This document shows, one piece after another, positions 49,696 to 60,159 of a stretch of 64,000 bases of DNA. A program made the position numbers and the translations under genes. The notes beneath the pieces were generated by a model. The model made no database searches and was not told where the DNA came from. It saw only the letters and a list, made by a program, of their open reading frames with translations. Where the stretch lies: NCBI GenBank assembly GCA_963702215.1, contig OY969726.1, forward strand, positions 1,809,533-1,873,532, read 5' to 3'. The number at the start of each line of letters is the position of its first letter. The first letter of the stretch is position 1. The DNA is from an uncultured Bacteroidota bacterium (lineage in GTDB: Bacteria > Bacteroidota > Ignavibacteria > Palsa-1295).

Positions 49696-50637
49696 TCACG
49701 CAGCAACGGATTTGTTCTGGAAATAGTCCACCGTTTCACGGAGGCCTTCGATCAGCGTCATCTCCGGCTGCCAGCCGAGCACCTTCGCGGCATGGTCGTA
49801 GCTGCACACGCTTCGCTGCTGCTCGCCCGCTTTGGCCTCGCCGTGCTTCGCTTCGGCTTCGCCATTCGTCACAAGCTCACTCAGCACCTGAAAGATTTCG
49901 TTCACGTCCGTTTCGGTGGCCGTCGAGAGATTGATAATATCGGAACCGGATAGCTTATCCAGGGCCAGCATGTGCGCGCGGACGACGTCGCCAACGTAAA
50001 CATAATCGCGCGTTTGCGTGCCATCCCCGTTGATGACGCATTCGTTTCCATCCAACAATTTCTCGGTAAAAATCGCAACCACGCCGGCTTCGCCATGCGG
50101 CGATTGTCGCGGGCCATACACGTTGGTATATCGGAATGCAACATACGGCATCTTATGCACTTGCTCGTAGTAATGCAGATACAATTCAATGCTCCGTTTT
50201 GCAACACCATAGGGCGAAATAGGGCGCGTGGGATGTTTTTCATCGGCGGGGAAATAATCCTGCTCGCCATAGATCGCGCCGCCGGTTGAAGCGAGCATGA
50301 ATCGCTTGAGGGTTCCCACTTCTCTGGCCGCTTCGAGCAAATTGAGCGAGCCGATAATATTCTGCTCGCAATCGAAGACCGGATCGGCCACACTTTTGCG
50401 CACATCGAGCTGGGCCGCATGATGATTGACGATCTCGAATTTATGCTCGCGGAAGATCCGCCGCACGAGTTCGCGGTCTGTAATATCGCCCTGAATAAAC
50501 TCAGCTTTGGGGTTTAGATTGTCGGTCGAACCCGAGCTTAAATTGTCAAGTATGGCAACCGTATCGCCGCGCGCAATAAACGCATCCACAATATGGGACC
50601 CGATAAATCCCGCTCCGCCCGTTACTAATACGTTCAC
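49696..50637 (-). CDS. NAD-dependent epimerase/dehydratase (UDP-sugar 4-epimerase / UDP-glucuronate decarboxylase-like)
   Basis: It has VLVTGGAGFIGSH and the YxxxK catalytic motif (YGVAKRSIE). Confidence 0.85.
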   Translation of the reverse strand: MNVLVTGGAGFIGSHIVDAFIARGDTVAILDNLSSGSTDNLNPKAEFIQGDITDRELVRRIFREHKFEIVNHHAAQLDVRKSVADPVFDCEQNIIGSLNLLEAAREVGTLKRFMLASTGGAIYGEQDYFPADEKHPTRPISPYGVAKRSIELYLHYYEQVHKMPYVAFRYTNVYGPRQSPHGEAGVVAIFTEKLLDGNECVINGDGTQTRDYVYVGDVVRAHMLALDKLSGSDIINLSTATETDVNEIFQVLSELVTNGEAEAKHGEAKAGEQQRSVCSYDHAAKVLGWQPEMTLIEGLRETVDYFQNKSVAA

Positions 50638-50744
50638 GTTTTTCTCCTTCCGATAGAAACATTAAATAGCTGTCTAAAGGATTCAGGAGCAAAAAGCGGG
50701 CAAATGGCACTCCTCCAGCCGCACCGAGGTCCGGTGCGCGGAAG

Positions 50745-52460
50745 TCACGCTCCGGGCGCCATTTCTCCCAGCTCAAGCGCTTTCGCCGCCCAATTCATAA
50801 GATCGCGCATGGTAGCCGGGTCGAACGGCGAGCGGAACCCGGCCGTTTTGAAAAGATTGAGGATTCCCATTGTTCCCCCGAGTTCGCAAAGCCGGAAGTA
50901 CGTGGCAAGTGCCCTTTCGTGATCCTCGGAGTCCACCATCCCCAGTTGCATCGCGGCCGTCTGTGCAATCCCGTAACCAATGTAATAAAAAGGCATACGG
51001 AACGAATGCCAAATGGCGTACCACCCTGCAAACGAATAATCTTCATAGCCCGTGTAGTCCCTGCCCGGCATATAAAGATTCGATATCCGAGCCCAGGCCT
51101 TATCGCGCTCGGCAGCCGAGGCATTCGGATGCTCATAAACCCAATGCTCGAACTCATCGGTGGCCGCAATGCCGCAAATTTGATTTACCGCGTTGTAAAA
51201 TTGATGCCTCCGAAACTTCTTTGCGTTCTCGGGCCTAAAAAAATGTTCGATGTGCGGTAGTGACAGGAATTCCATTCCCATTGAAGGAATTTCCGCACCG
51301 TCGCTGGATGCCGTGCGCAACTCCACAGGCTCGATTTTCTGGCTCTCCCACGATTGGAACGCGTGCCCCATTTCGTGAATCAGAGTCGTTACGTCACTCT
51401 CATCACCGGTAGAATTGCAGAGGATTGCCGGCTTGCCCTCGTCGTGAAAGGTGACCGTGAAGGCGCCCGCTTGCTTGCCTTTTCGATTTTCGAGATCGAT
51501 CAGGCCCTCCTCGCGCATTCGGACAAAATGCGCCGCAAGGCGAGGGGACAGAGCCTTGAATACCGCTTGGGCGTTATCAAGTTGTGTTTCAATCGGGGCG
51601 ATGCCATTCGGCAAGGTATAATGGGGCTGGTATCGGACATCCCATGGCCGAAGCGTTTCGGTTCCAAGGGCCTTCGCATGTTCCGCGTCGAGCCATGCCA
51701 GCAAAGGGACCGCGTACTTACGAACGGAATCCCGAAACGCTTCAAGTTCCTTCGGCCCGTAATCCGTCCGCACCATGGTGAGATACCCGAGCCGGACATA
51801 ATTGACGTGGCCAAGGTTGCGGGCCATTTCGTCCCGCAGATGAACCAACTCGTTGAAGCAGCCGGCGAGAACCTCGCGGTTTTCGAGGTACCATCGTTTG
51901 CTGGCGAACCACGCGGCCTTGCGCGTTTCAGCGTTTGAACTACTCTGAAGTCCGGAGGCGCGAGGAAGCGTCATTCGCGTGCCTTCTACTTCGACCTCGG
52001 CGCTGGCCGTCAATTTTTCATACCGCGCAACGACATCCCCTTCCCGCACGCGCAACTCGGAATTCACCGGCGCCAGCGGCTCGACCGCAGCCATCGCCGA
52101 CACGATTAGGCGGGCCCCGTATTGCTCACCTATCGCATCGCGATGACGAGATCCAAGGAAATGATCGAGGAGTTTCGCCATGCCAGGTTCCGCCGCCGGG
52201 CCTATCTCTGGGCGGTAATAGCGGAGGGCCTCCTCGGCAGCTTGATTGTTCGTGTCCTGCGCATATGCGTACGTCGCGCGGTAGCCATCGCCGCTACAGC
52301 GGGCGGCAAAGTCATTCCAATCTCGATAAAGGTCGATCCACGCGTTTGGGGATTCGGATGCCTCGGCCTGAGACACCCGGGCGAGCAATTGTTCAAGCGC
52401 GCTTTCGACAAACTCTTTTCTCTGCATAGAGGGCCGGGATGTAGGACTGGACTGTACCAT
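50745..52460 (-). CDS. pepF: M3-family oligoendopeptidase F
   Basis: 571 aa with the zinc motif LIHEMGHAFQ and downstream Glu. Confidence 0.85.
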   Translation of the reverse strand: MVQSSPTSRPSMQRKEFVESALEQLLARVSQAEASESPNAWIDLYRDWNDFAARCSGDGYRATYAYAQDTNNQAAEEALRYYRPEIGPAAEPGMAKLLDHFLGSRHRDAIGEQYGARLIVSAMAAVEPLAPVNSELRVREGDVVARYEKLTASAEVEVEGTRMTLPRASGLQSSSNAETRKAAWFASKRWYLENREVLAGCFNELVHLRDEMARNLGHVNYVRLGYLTMVRTDYGPKELEAFRDSVRKYAVPLLAWLDAEHAKALGTETLRPWDVRYQPHYTLPNGIAPIETQLDNAQAVFKALSPRLAAHFVRMREEGLIDLENRKGKQAGAFTVTFHDEGKPAILCNSTGDESDVTTLIHEMGHAFQSWESQKIEPVELRTASSDGAEIPSMGMEFLSLPHIEHFFRPENAKKFRRHQFYNAVNQICGIAATDEFEHWVYEHPNASAAERDKAWARISNLYMPGRDYTGYEDYSFAGWYAIWHSFRMPFYYIGYGIAQTAAMQLGMVDSEDHERALATYFRLCELGGTMGILNLFKTAGFRSPFDPATMRDLMNWAAKALELGEMAPGA

Positions 52461-52581
52461 TGCATTAGTAAGATTGATGTATCAGAGAAGGGATGCAGTG
52501 GAAACGACGCCTTTGCCGAGAAAGATTCGCTCCCCCTCGCGAGCGTTCAAACTTACCACAGCGGGCGAGGCACCAAGGAAT

Positions 52582-54801
52582 TTAGTCTCCACACCGCAGC
52601 GCTACTGGAGTGCATTGCACCCCGCCATTCATTCGCACGATGCACTCGTACATCCCCGCCGTCAGCCTGCCCGGTTCCAAGGTGAAGGAATGCTCGCCCG
52701 CCGAAAGCTCGCCCGAGAATACGCGCGCCACTTCCAAGCCGAGCTGGTTTACCACGCGCACATTTGCATAGCCGGGCGCGGTGCTGGTGAAGGCGATTGT
52801 GGCGGGGCCGGTAACGGGATTGGGGAAGACGGAGATGGGCGCGGCACTCACCAGCGGCTGCGGCGCGACGGAACTAATGCCGAAATCGGAAAGCGGGCGG
52901 CGCCAGACACCAAAACCATAAGTTCCAGCATAGAGATTCGAACCTACTATAGCGAGGGTCTGTATCTCAGCGCTGGTCAATCCCTCCAATTGCCAACTAT
53001 TGCCGCTATCGGTGCAGAGATACACACCACCATTATACGCACCGGCAAAAAGATACGATCCACTCACAGCAAGGGTTTGAATTCGCGTGGTATCCAGACC
53101 GGCAGATGTCCAATCCCTGCCACTGTCCGTTGAAAGATAGACGCCAGTATAGGTAGATGCGAAGAGCAGGGGCGAAGCAGAACTGTCACCCATAACTGCT
53201 AATGCCTGCACATCCAAATCTCCCACAGCGCCTCCCGATATCCAAGTGCTCCCGCTATCGGTCGAGCGAAATACTCCGCCTCCAAACGTTCCTGCGAAAA
53301 CAACGGACGAAGAGTTGCTCGAACCGATCAATGCAAAACACGTAACTGCGTCGCTCGCCAAACCGCTACCCGAGTTCTTCCACGTTGTGCCATTATCGGT
53401 TGAACGGTACATACTTCCGCCACCCACCGCTCCGGTAGTGCCAGCAAACACTATTGGCGTTGAGGTGTCTGCTCCGCCGATTGACGCCAGGGCAGATATT
53501 TCGAACCAGGTCGACAAGCCGCTCGCCGCTCTGGACCAAGTAACGCCCGAATCTGACGAACGATAAATGAGACCTGAAAGGCCGCCGAGGGTTCCGATCG
53601 TGCCAGCAAAAATTACTGGCGTGGAAGAATTTGTGCCGCTCACCGTTAGAGCGGTAATGTCGGAATTGGCTGCGAGTCCATTGCTTGCCTGCCAATTATC
53701 GCCATCATCGGTCGAGAGGAAAAAGCCCCCGAGATAATTCCCTCTAAAGTTAGAACCTTCGCCAGCAAATAGCATTGGCGATGGTGAATCCTGGCCAATG
53801 GTAGTAAAGGCTTGCACATTCGTGTTCACGGGCAAACCGTTACTAGCGTCCTTCCACAGAGTTCCGTCATTCGTCGAAAGAAAAATTCCATTGATTGTTC
53901 CGGCAAGGAGATTATTGCCGCTGGGCAGCAGAGCAGTACCAAACGTGTTTGTCAAACCGAGATTCACCGCGGCCCAGCTTGTGCCGTTGTTCGTTGAGCG
54001 ATATATGCCACCCTCCTGAGTGCCTGCGAAGAAATCACTTCCGCTAACGGCCAAAGAATAAACGGCCAGACCAGATCCTCCCAGCCCTGTGGTATCCGCC
54101 GTCCAGCTGGAACCATTATCGGTTGAAGCAAAAACACCTCCGCCCCATGTGCCTGCTAAGACGGTATCCCCGCTGGCCGCAAGCGCAAGAACTTGCTTAT
54201 TCGTTAGACCGCTGGTATCTACGGTCCAGCTAATACCATTGTTCGACGAGAGATAAACACCTTGGCCATAAGTTCCGGCCAGGATATTCATTCCGGAGAC
54301 TTTCAAGCAAATGATGTTCCCATAGGCTACGCTATCCCAGCTTGCGCCATCATTCGTTGAGCGAAAAATGCGATCTGCCGTTCCAGCAAAAAGATCGGAG
54401 CCACTTACAGCAAGAGCTTGGACACTCAGGTTCGCCAAGCCATTGTTCGTGGCCGTCCATGTGGCACCGCTATCGGTCGAGCGGAAAACGCCGCCACCAC
54501 GCGTTCCCGCAAAGACGGTGGTGCCGCTAGTGGCAAGGGCCCACACATCCGTGTTCGTCAGGCCGTTGTTTTTTGCCGTCCAGCTATTTCCGTTGTCCAC
54601 AGAACGAAAAACTCCAAAGCCCGCGCTTCCTGAGCTCGTGACCGCAGCAAAAACAACAGGCGATGTCGTATCCATCAATGCAAAAGCACGGATGTAACCG
54701 CCGCTTGGCCCGTTCGTTTGCACCCACTGGCCGCGCGCGCCCGACGCGGCAAGCAGGGTTCCCAAAACCACCATCGCGAGAAGAGAGACGCTTCGTTTCA
54801 T
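52582..54801 (-). CDS. secreted multi-blade beta-propeller protein (BNR/Ycf48-like repeats) with a T9SS C-terminal sorting domain
   Basis: The signal peptide MKRSVSLLAMVVLGTLLAASGARGQ places the start at about 54801. More than 15 repeats of the type GGGVFRSTDSGATWT / IFRSTNDGASW are present. The C-terminal sorting domain is VFPNPVTGPATIAF...ANVRVVNQLGLEVARVFSGELSAGEHSF. Confidence 0.7.
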   Translation of the reverse strand: MKRSVSLLAMVVLGTLLAASGARGQWVQTNGPSGGYIRAFALMDTTSPVVFAAVTSSGSAGFGVFRSVDNGNSWTAKNNGLTNTDVWALATSGTTVFAGTRGGGVFRSTDSGATWTATNNGLANLSVQALAVSGSDLFAGTADRIFRSTNDGASWDSVAYGNIICLKVSGMNILAGTYGQGVYLSSNNGISWTVDTSGLTNKQVLALAASGDTVLAGTWGGGVFASTDNGSSWTADTTGLGGSGLAVYSLAVSGSDFFAGTQEGGIYRSTNNGTSWAAVNLGLTNTFGTALLPSGNNLLAGTINGIFLSTNDGTLWKDASNGLPVNTNVQAFTTIGQDSPSPMLFAGEGSNFRGNYLGGFFLSTDDGDNWQASNGLAANSDITALTVSGTNSSTPVIFAGTIGTLGGLSGLIYRSSDSGVTWSRAASGLSTWFEISALASIGGADTSTPIVFAGTTGAVGGGSMYRSTDNGTTWKNSGSGLASDAVTCFALIGSSNSSSVVFAGTFGGGVFRSTDSGSTWISGGAVGDLDVQALAVMGDSSASPLLFASTYTGVYLSTDSGRDWTSAGLDTTRIQTLAVSGSYLFAGAYNGGVYLCTDSGNSWQLEGLTSAEIQTLAIVGSNLYAGTYGFGVWRRPLSDFGISSVAPQPLVSAAPISVFPNPVTGPATIAFTSTAPGYANVRVVNQLGLEVARVFSGELSAGEHSFTLEPGRLTAGMYECIVRMNGGVQCTPVALRCGD

Positions 54802-54939
54802 GGTTACTTCGATAAAAGTTACTTCGTCGGGAGCGATTCCACCGGCGTTGTGACGAGGAACGCATCGTAAACAAGAATAATGCTCCCGAATGGAAAGCAT
54901 TATTCGCAGTCAGAACTTTGAAAAAACGGTCGCCGCTTA

Positions 54940-55493
54940 ATGCACTCGGTTCGGAACCGGAGAGCATCATCCGTCCGTGGGAACCGGAATAGGGGAACAT
55001 CGGCGAATCGAAATGGAAGATGGCATGGGCAACCAAATCCTTCACATCTTCGAGGGAGGCACTCGGTATGCCGGAAAGCATAATGCGATCGATGAGGAAC
55101 TCCTGGTCGGCATCGCTGATAAGGCCAAGTTCGAGCAACTGGAGCATGAATCCGCGCGCTTCGGGAGAAATCACACCGCGCTCGACTTCGTGGTAAACTC
55201 TAAAGCTGGCTTCCGCTTTTGTGGAATTGAGAAGGCTGCGTTTGCCGAAGGGAACCGAGAGCATGACCGGGTTTTCATCCGGTCCGTTCGGCAAAGCGAT
55301 CGATGAGCCAGGAAAATGCGGTCGAAATTTCCGTCTCGCTGAAGCCCCGAGTGGAAAGGGGCTTCAGATCGATATCCGTAAGCGGTGTATTATCCCGTAT
55401 TTCGTTCAGCAGAAAAAAAATAATTTCTATAATGCGCTCGCGTCCAGATTCCACTGCGTGCGGCACTTCGGATGTATTTTCGACTTTTATCAT
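54940..55493 (-). CDS. smg: Smg (DUF494) family protein, frameshifted at about 55275-55294, 3' end uncertain
   Basis: ORF 55275-55508 gives IIEIIFFLLNEIRDN...GFSETEISTAFSWLIDRFAE, which matches the Smg N-terminus (VLMYLFETY...AGFDREDIYNALLWLEKLA). ORF 54584-55294 gives ASFRVYHEVERGV...GFMLQLLELGLISDADQEFLIDRIMLS...LEDVKDLVAHAIFHF, which matches the Smg C-terminal half. It then continues without a stop into the neighbouring gene. Confidence 0.55.
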
Positions 55494-55550
55494 TTTTCTT
55501 TTAGGCACGGATTCGGAACATTCCGTAAAAACATGCGAGAACGCTATCAG

Positions 55551-56036
55551 TTAGCCGAGCTGTCGGTCAATTGAGCTAACCGGGCGAAACTGAACAAGGT
55601 ACGAACGCTCTCGTTGGCGCATTCGTTTCAGGCCGTTCCGCGATTTATCTTCATAGCCGGCCAGGTGCAAAACCCCATGAATGACAAGGTGCAAAAGTTC
55701 TAAATCGGCCGGTTCCTCATAGCGTTCGGCATTTTCTATCGCCCGCTCTGCGCTCAGGTAAAGCTCCGCTTCGAGTGCGCCCGGTGCTCGTTCGATCTCG
55801 AACGTAATCACATCCGTAAGCCAATCGTGTCCGAGCGAGGCGCGATTAATTTCAAGAAGTTCCGCATCGGACATCGAAATAATTGAGAGGCGGAACTCGG
55901 AAAGATCGCTCATCTCGGCTTCGGCGATCTGGCGCGCAGCGCGAAGCATTTCGTGCCGCAGCCCGGGCGCAATACGATAGTGTTTTTGCGCAGCGAGCGT
56001 TCGAGTAAAGGAAAACTCGAAGTTCAAGCTGGGCAA
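55551..56036 (-). CDS. ybeY: rRNA maturation endoribonuclease YbeY
   Basis: It has the metal-binding motif HLVIHGVLHLAGYED. Confidence 0.85.
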   Translation of the reverse strand: MPSLNFEFSFTRTLAAQKHYRIAPGLRHEMLRAARQIAEAEMSDLSEFRLSIISMSDAELLEINRASLGHDWLTDVITFEIERAPGALEAELYLSAERAIENAERYEEPADLELLHLVIHGVLHLAGYEDKSRNGLKRMRQRERSYLVQFRPVSSIDRQLG

Positions 56037-56045
56037 TGTCCGGAT

Positions 56046-56546
56046 CTATTCATCCTCCAGAAACACCTCGGTATGCTCGGCAAAAATCTTGAGTGCGATG
56101 GCGGCGCGAAGATCGACATCTTTCACATTCGAAAGCTCCATCGCCCCGAGCGATTCCGGAACGTTCATATAGACCTGCAGCGCGCCGCGTGAACTTACGG
56201 TGAGCATTGAAACGGTTCCTGCCGAATCGCCTGCCTCCCGCGCATAAAATGCCGCTTCTTCCGTCGCCGCAAGGAGCCGGATTTCTTCAACGCCATGCAT
56301 TTCCGCAATGCCAAGGGCGGATGTTACGATGACGGATGTGCCATCCTCACCTTCCGCCAAATTTATTTCGAGGAGCGGGCTTTCGCCCGCCACCGGACCG
56401 CCCACATCAACGCCGCTCGAATGATAGACGAGTACACTGGCTTCGCGGCGGCCCTCCTCGCTGGGCGATGCCGCGTGAGCATTCGAAATGGCGATACCTT
56501 CAAGTGTATCGGCCAGCCTGTCAACAAGTTCCTTTCGAAGGAGCAT
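56046..56546 (-). CDS. hypothetical acidic protein (166 aa)
   Basis: The ORF is tightly packed between ybeY and pcrA, at 10 bp from ybeY. No motif was recognised. Confidence 0.4.
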   Translation of the reverse strand: MLLRKELVDRLADTLEGIAISNAHAASPSEEGRREASVLVYHSSGVDVGGPVAGESPLLEINLAEGEDGTSVIVTSALGIAEMHGVEEIRLLAATEEAAFYAREAGDSAGTVSMLTVSSRGALQVYMNVPESLGAMELSNVKDVDLRAAIALKIFAEHTEVFLEDE

Positions 56547-56621
56547 TCTTTATTTATAACTTCCTGCTACTAAAATACGGAAAAAATCGCGCGTTCATTT
56601 CACTTTCGTCTCATCGCGGCA

Positions 56622-58925
56622 TCACAGGAGTTTCAAATTCGCGAATTTCAGCATCAGATTCTTTCTTCCGAATTTTGGAAATTCGACGGTGGCTTTAGCT
56701 TTATCGCCCATACCCGCTACGGCAATGACGCGACCTTCGCCAAAGGTTTCGTGAAAAACGCGCGAACCATGATGCAAATTCGGCCCGTCTTCAAGTTGAG
56801 AATATTCGTTGTGCGAATATTGTGAGCGCCCGTCGAATTGCTGGCCGCTTTGCGATTCGCGCCGCTTGCGCGCAAACGTGCGACCATTGACAACGGGCGA
56901 GCCAGAGAATAAATGCGAAATCTCCTGTGCCCGATCCGTAAGCGACGCGCGTTCACGTGGTTTCGTTCCAAAGCTCGTCACATGCTCGGTCGAACCGGAA
57001 CGCTCGATCTCTTCCAAAAATTGCGAGGGCAGCGCCCGCGCCGTCTCGCCAAATCGCAATCGTTCCAGCGCATAAAAAATAAAGCAGCGGCGCATCGCGC
57101 GTGTAATGCCGACATAAAACAAGCGCCGCTCCTCCTCGATGTCGCGCGGCTCGCGGTTTGTGCCCGCAGGCTGGCTTGGGAAAAGGCCCTCCTCCAAGCC
57201 CGTGATGCAGACCACCGGGTATTCCAGCCCTTTGGCAGCATGAAGCGTCATGAGCGTGACGGCATTTTTCGTTCCATCCGCCTGATCGACTTCGCTGAGC
57301 AAGGAAATCTCTTCCAAGAACGATTCTAACGTTGCGTCCGGCTGCCCGTGGAAATAGTCGGTAATGCCGGAGAGGAATTCCTGGATATTCTCGCGCCGCG
57401 AAAGCGCTTCCATCGTGTTTTCGAGCTTTAGTTCCTGAAGGATATTCGTTTCATCGATCAGAGAACGGAGCAATTCGCTGGGCGACATTTTGTCGCGGAG
57501 GGCCGAATATTTTTGCATCAGCTTCGCGAACTCGCGGATTCGCTGCACAGCACGGCTTTGCACGCCTGGAACGAAGTCGATCGCTCCGAGCGCGCCCATC
57601 AGGCTTTGGTTGTGATCGCGGGCATACATCGCAACGTGCTCCATCGTCGTTGCCCCGATACCACGTGGCGGCGTATTAATGACGCGCAACAGGCTCTCCG
57701 AATCGTTGGGATTCACGAGCAGCCGCACATAGCCGAGCACATCCTTGATTTCCTTGCGTTTGTAAAACGCAGTGCCACCGACGATCATATAAGGAATGCC
57801 TTGCCGGCGCAAGCCATCTTCGATCGCGCGGCTTTGCGCGTTGGTGCGATAGAGAATCGCGAAATCTTTCAGATCCAGCTTATGGGCGCGCACCTCTTCT
57901 TCAATCACACGAACAACAGAACTCGCCTCGTCGCGCTCATCCAGGCATTGCGTAATGCGCACCGGCTCACCGCGAACATTTTCGGTGAAGAGCGTCTTCG
58001 GAATCTGCCCTTTATTATTTTTTATGAGCTCATCGGCTGTCGCGAGGATGGATTTGGTTGAACGGTAATTTTGTTCGAGGCGAAAGATTTGGGTTCCCGG
58101 ATAATCGCGCTCGAAATCGAGGATATTGCCAATCTCCGCGCCACGAAAGGCATAGATGGATTGCGCATCGTCGCCAACGACGGTCAGATTGGAATGCTTC
58201 GAGGCCAGCCGCTTTATGATCGCGTACTGGGCGCGGTTCGTATCCTGATATTCATCAACCAGGATATACTTGAACTTCCGTTGATAATGGGCGAGCACGG
58301 ATTCGCTTCCATCGGCGGTGGGCTTATCGAAAAGCGCAATCGTTTTGAGTAGCAGGTCATCGAAATCCATCGCGTTTGCAAGCGCGAGCGAGCGATTGTA
58401 TTCGGGATAGACTCGGGCAACCTGCTCGGAAAACGGATCGCGCGCAAGCCGCTCGTATTCCTCCGTACCCACAAGCTGGTTTTTCGCGCTGGAAATCCGG
58501 GAGCGAATGGCGTTCGGATTGAACTGATCCTTCGAAATCCCCACCGCGTTCATCACTTGCTTGATGGCGCTGAGCGAATCGTCGCTATCGTAAATCGTAA
58601 AGCTCGATGTGTAGCCAAGTTCTGCCGCGTGCCTGCGAAGAATTCGGGCGAAGATGGAGTGGAAGGTGCCCATCCAGAGATCGCGCGCCAGTTCCGGCGA
58701 GACCATCCGCGAAATACGCTCCTTCATTTCGTTCGCCGCTTTGTTTGTAAACGTGAGCGAAAGCACTTCCCAGGGCCGCACGCCACTTTCGATGAGCAAC
58801 GCGATCCGGTGCGTGAGCACGCGCGTTTTGCCCGAACCGGCCCCAGCTACAATCATCACTGGCCCGGTGAGCTGCGAGACGGCGGCCCGCTGCGCCGGAT
58901 TCAACCCGGCCAGTATTTTTGACAT
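56622..58925 (-). CDS. pcrA: ATP-dependent DNA helicase PcrA/UvrD/Rep family
   Basis: It has Walker A AGAGSGKT, helicase motifs II (ILVDEYQDTN), III (VVGDDAQSIYAFRGA) and VI (VGITRA), and a C-terminal extension. Confidence 0.92.
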   Translation of the reverse strand: MSKILAGLNPAQRAAVSQLTGPVMIVAGAGSGKTRVLTHRIALLIESGVRPWEVLSLTFTNKAANEMKERISRMVSPELARDLWMGTFHSIFARILRRHAAELGYTSSFTIYDSDDSLSAIKQVMNAVGISKDQFNPNAIRSRISSAKNQLVGTEEYERLARDPFSEQVARVYPEYNRSLALANAMDFDDLLLKTIALFDKPTADGSESVLAHYQRKFKYILVDEYQDTNRAQYAIIKRLASKHSNLTVVGDDAQSIYAFRGAEIGNILDFERDYPGTQIFRLEQNYRSTKSILATADELIKNNKGQIPKTLFTENVRGEPVRITQCLDERDEASSVVRVIEEEVRAHKLDLKDFAILYRTNAQSRAIEDGLRRQGIPYMIVGGTAFYKRKEIKDVLGYVRLLVNPNDSESLLRVINTPPRGIGATTMEHVAMYARDHNQSLMGALGAIDFVPGVQSRAVQRIREFAKLMQKYSALRDKMSPSELLRSLIDETNILQELKLENTMEALSRRENIQEFLSGITDYFHGQPDATLESFLEEISLLSEVDQADGTKNAVTLMTLHAAKGLEYPVVCITGLEEGLFPSQPAGTNREPRDIEEERRLFYVGITRAMRRCFIFYALERLRFGETARALPSQFLEEIERSGSTEHVTSFGTKPRERASLTDRAQEISHLFSGSPVVNGRTFARKRRESQSGQQFDGRSQYSHNEYSQLEDGPNLHHGSRVFHETFGEGRVIAVAGMGDKAKATVEFPKFGRKNLMLKFANLKLL

Positions 58926-59433
58926 GCGCGATAAAAAGTGCTAAAGTGCTGAGTCTTAAGTCCTGCGTGCGCCCGGTACTAAGGCGTTCACGGAGTGTTC
59001 CTCACCGTCCCTGCAAAGCCCAAATTTCAAAAATTCAATTTGCGAAGCGAATTTTGGCTTCTTTTCAAAGGTTCGACTCTTGGTAAACCAAAGAGATGAG
59101 CTTCATGGTTTATTATTTTTGATGAGCGTAGCAAAATCCTCCGTGAAAGAGCGAATCGGCTCGCGCGATTCGGGGGCGCCCGCCGCGGGTGCGGAATCGC
59201 CGCCCATGCTCTCCGACCGAGTCGGCATCGAACGCGCCTTCAATGTTATTCGCCATCACACCGTTCACACGAAAGGATACGTTATGACCGCGCTCCAGCT
59301 GATCGAAGAATTTGGGAACGCCGCGGACAAAGCGCTCTTAGCCGAACTCCTTCGTGACGACGGCCACGCGCCGGAACTTGCAACCTCCCGCCCGCCCACA
59401 GCGAAGAAGAAGGTTGGGAAGCGGAAGTAGCTT

Positions 59434-60159
59434 TTATCTTTGTTCCTTTAAAGTAGTATCCGCCGGCAGCCCAAGAGGCTGCTCCTGCATGGCACCCGCA
59501 CCGGGAACACTTTGTGGCGTGGGGCGAAGCGGGGTTTGTGAACCGGCGGAGGGCGCCCCGAAGGTTCCGGACGGCGCAATGATCGTGGGATGAAGAATAT
59601 GATAATGTTCTAAGCTTTGATCGCTTTCGAAGCCGATGCCATCCGTAACGCGGCCATTCTTTTCCACGATGTGAACCGGCGCATCCGACTTCACCGTCTG
59701 CGAATTATTTTCCCACAAAAGCGAATCGGTATCGACCGTCGTTCCTGAATCGCTCACGATATGCACACGCCCGTATGCCGTCATATTATTGTTGAGGGAA
59801 TTAACTTCCGCGCGCTGAGATGTAAGCACGCTGGAATGCACGCCGCCGTGATTGTAGAAATCGACACGGACGCCGCTATCGAGCCAGGTGTAATGCTTCA
59901 TCTCGAACGTTTGCACGCGCCCCGCATGAAGGATCGCGCGAAGCATGCCATCCGAGGAAAAATTCATCGAAGTATTATAGCTTACCTGGGCGGCCTCGCC
60001 CGCGCCGAGGGGCGCGTTTGCCGTGCTTGGCGAAACTTTCGGGCTTTCATCGCAACCAGAAACAAGCGGCAAGATGAGACAGGAAGTGACGAGAGCGCGA
60101 AATACCCGCGAGAGGGATTTCTGCGAGCACTTGTCACCCCATACCCTATACCCGATCAT
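59434..60159 (-). CDS. periplasmic lipoprotein, possibly LptC-like (LPS export)
   Basis: The lipobox is LPLVSGC. Its size and beta-rich composition match LptC. It lies directly downstream of kdsD with a 4-nt overlap, as in kdsD-(kdsC)-lptC-lptA clusters. Confidence 0.4.
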   Translation of the reverse strand: MIGYRVWGDKCSQKSLSRVFRALVTSCLILPLVSGCDESPKVSPSTANAPLGAGEAAQVSYNTSMNFSSDGMLRAILHAGRVQTFEMKHYTWLDSGVRVDFYNHGGVHSSVLTSQRAEVNSLNNNMTAYGRVHIVSDSGTTVDTDSLLWENNSQTVKSDAPVHIVEKNGRVTDGIGFESDQSLEHYHILHPTIIAPSGTFGAPSAGSQTPLRPTPQSVPGAGAMQEQPLGLPADTTLKEQR

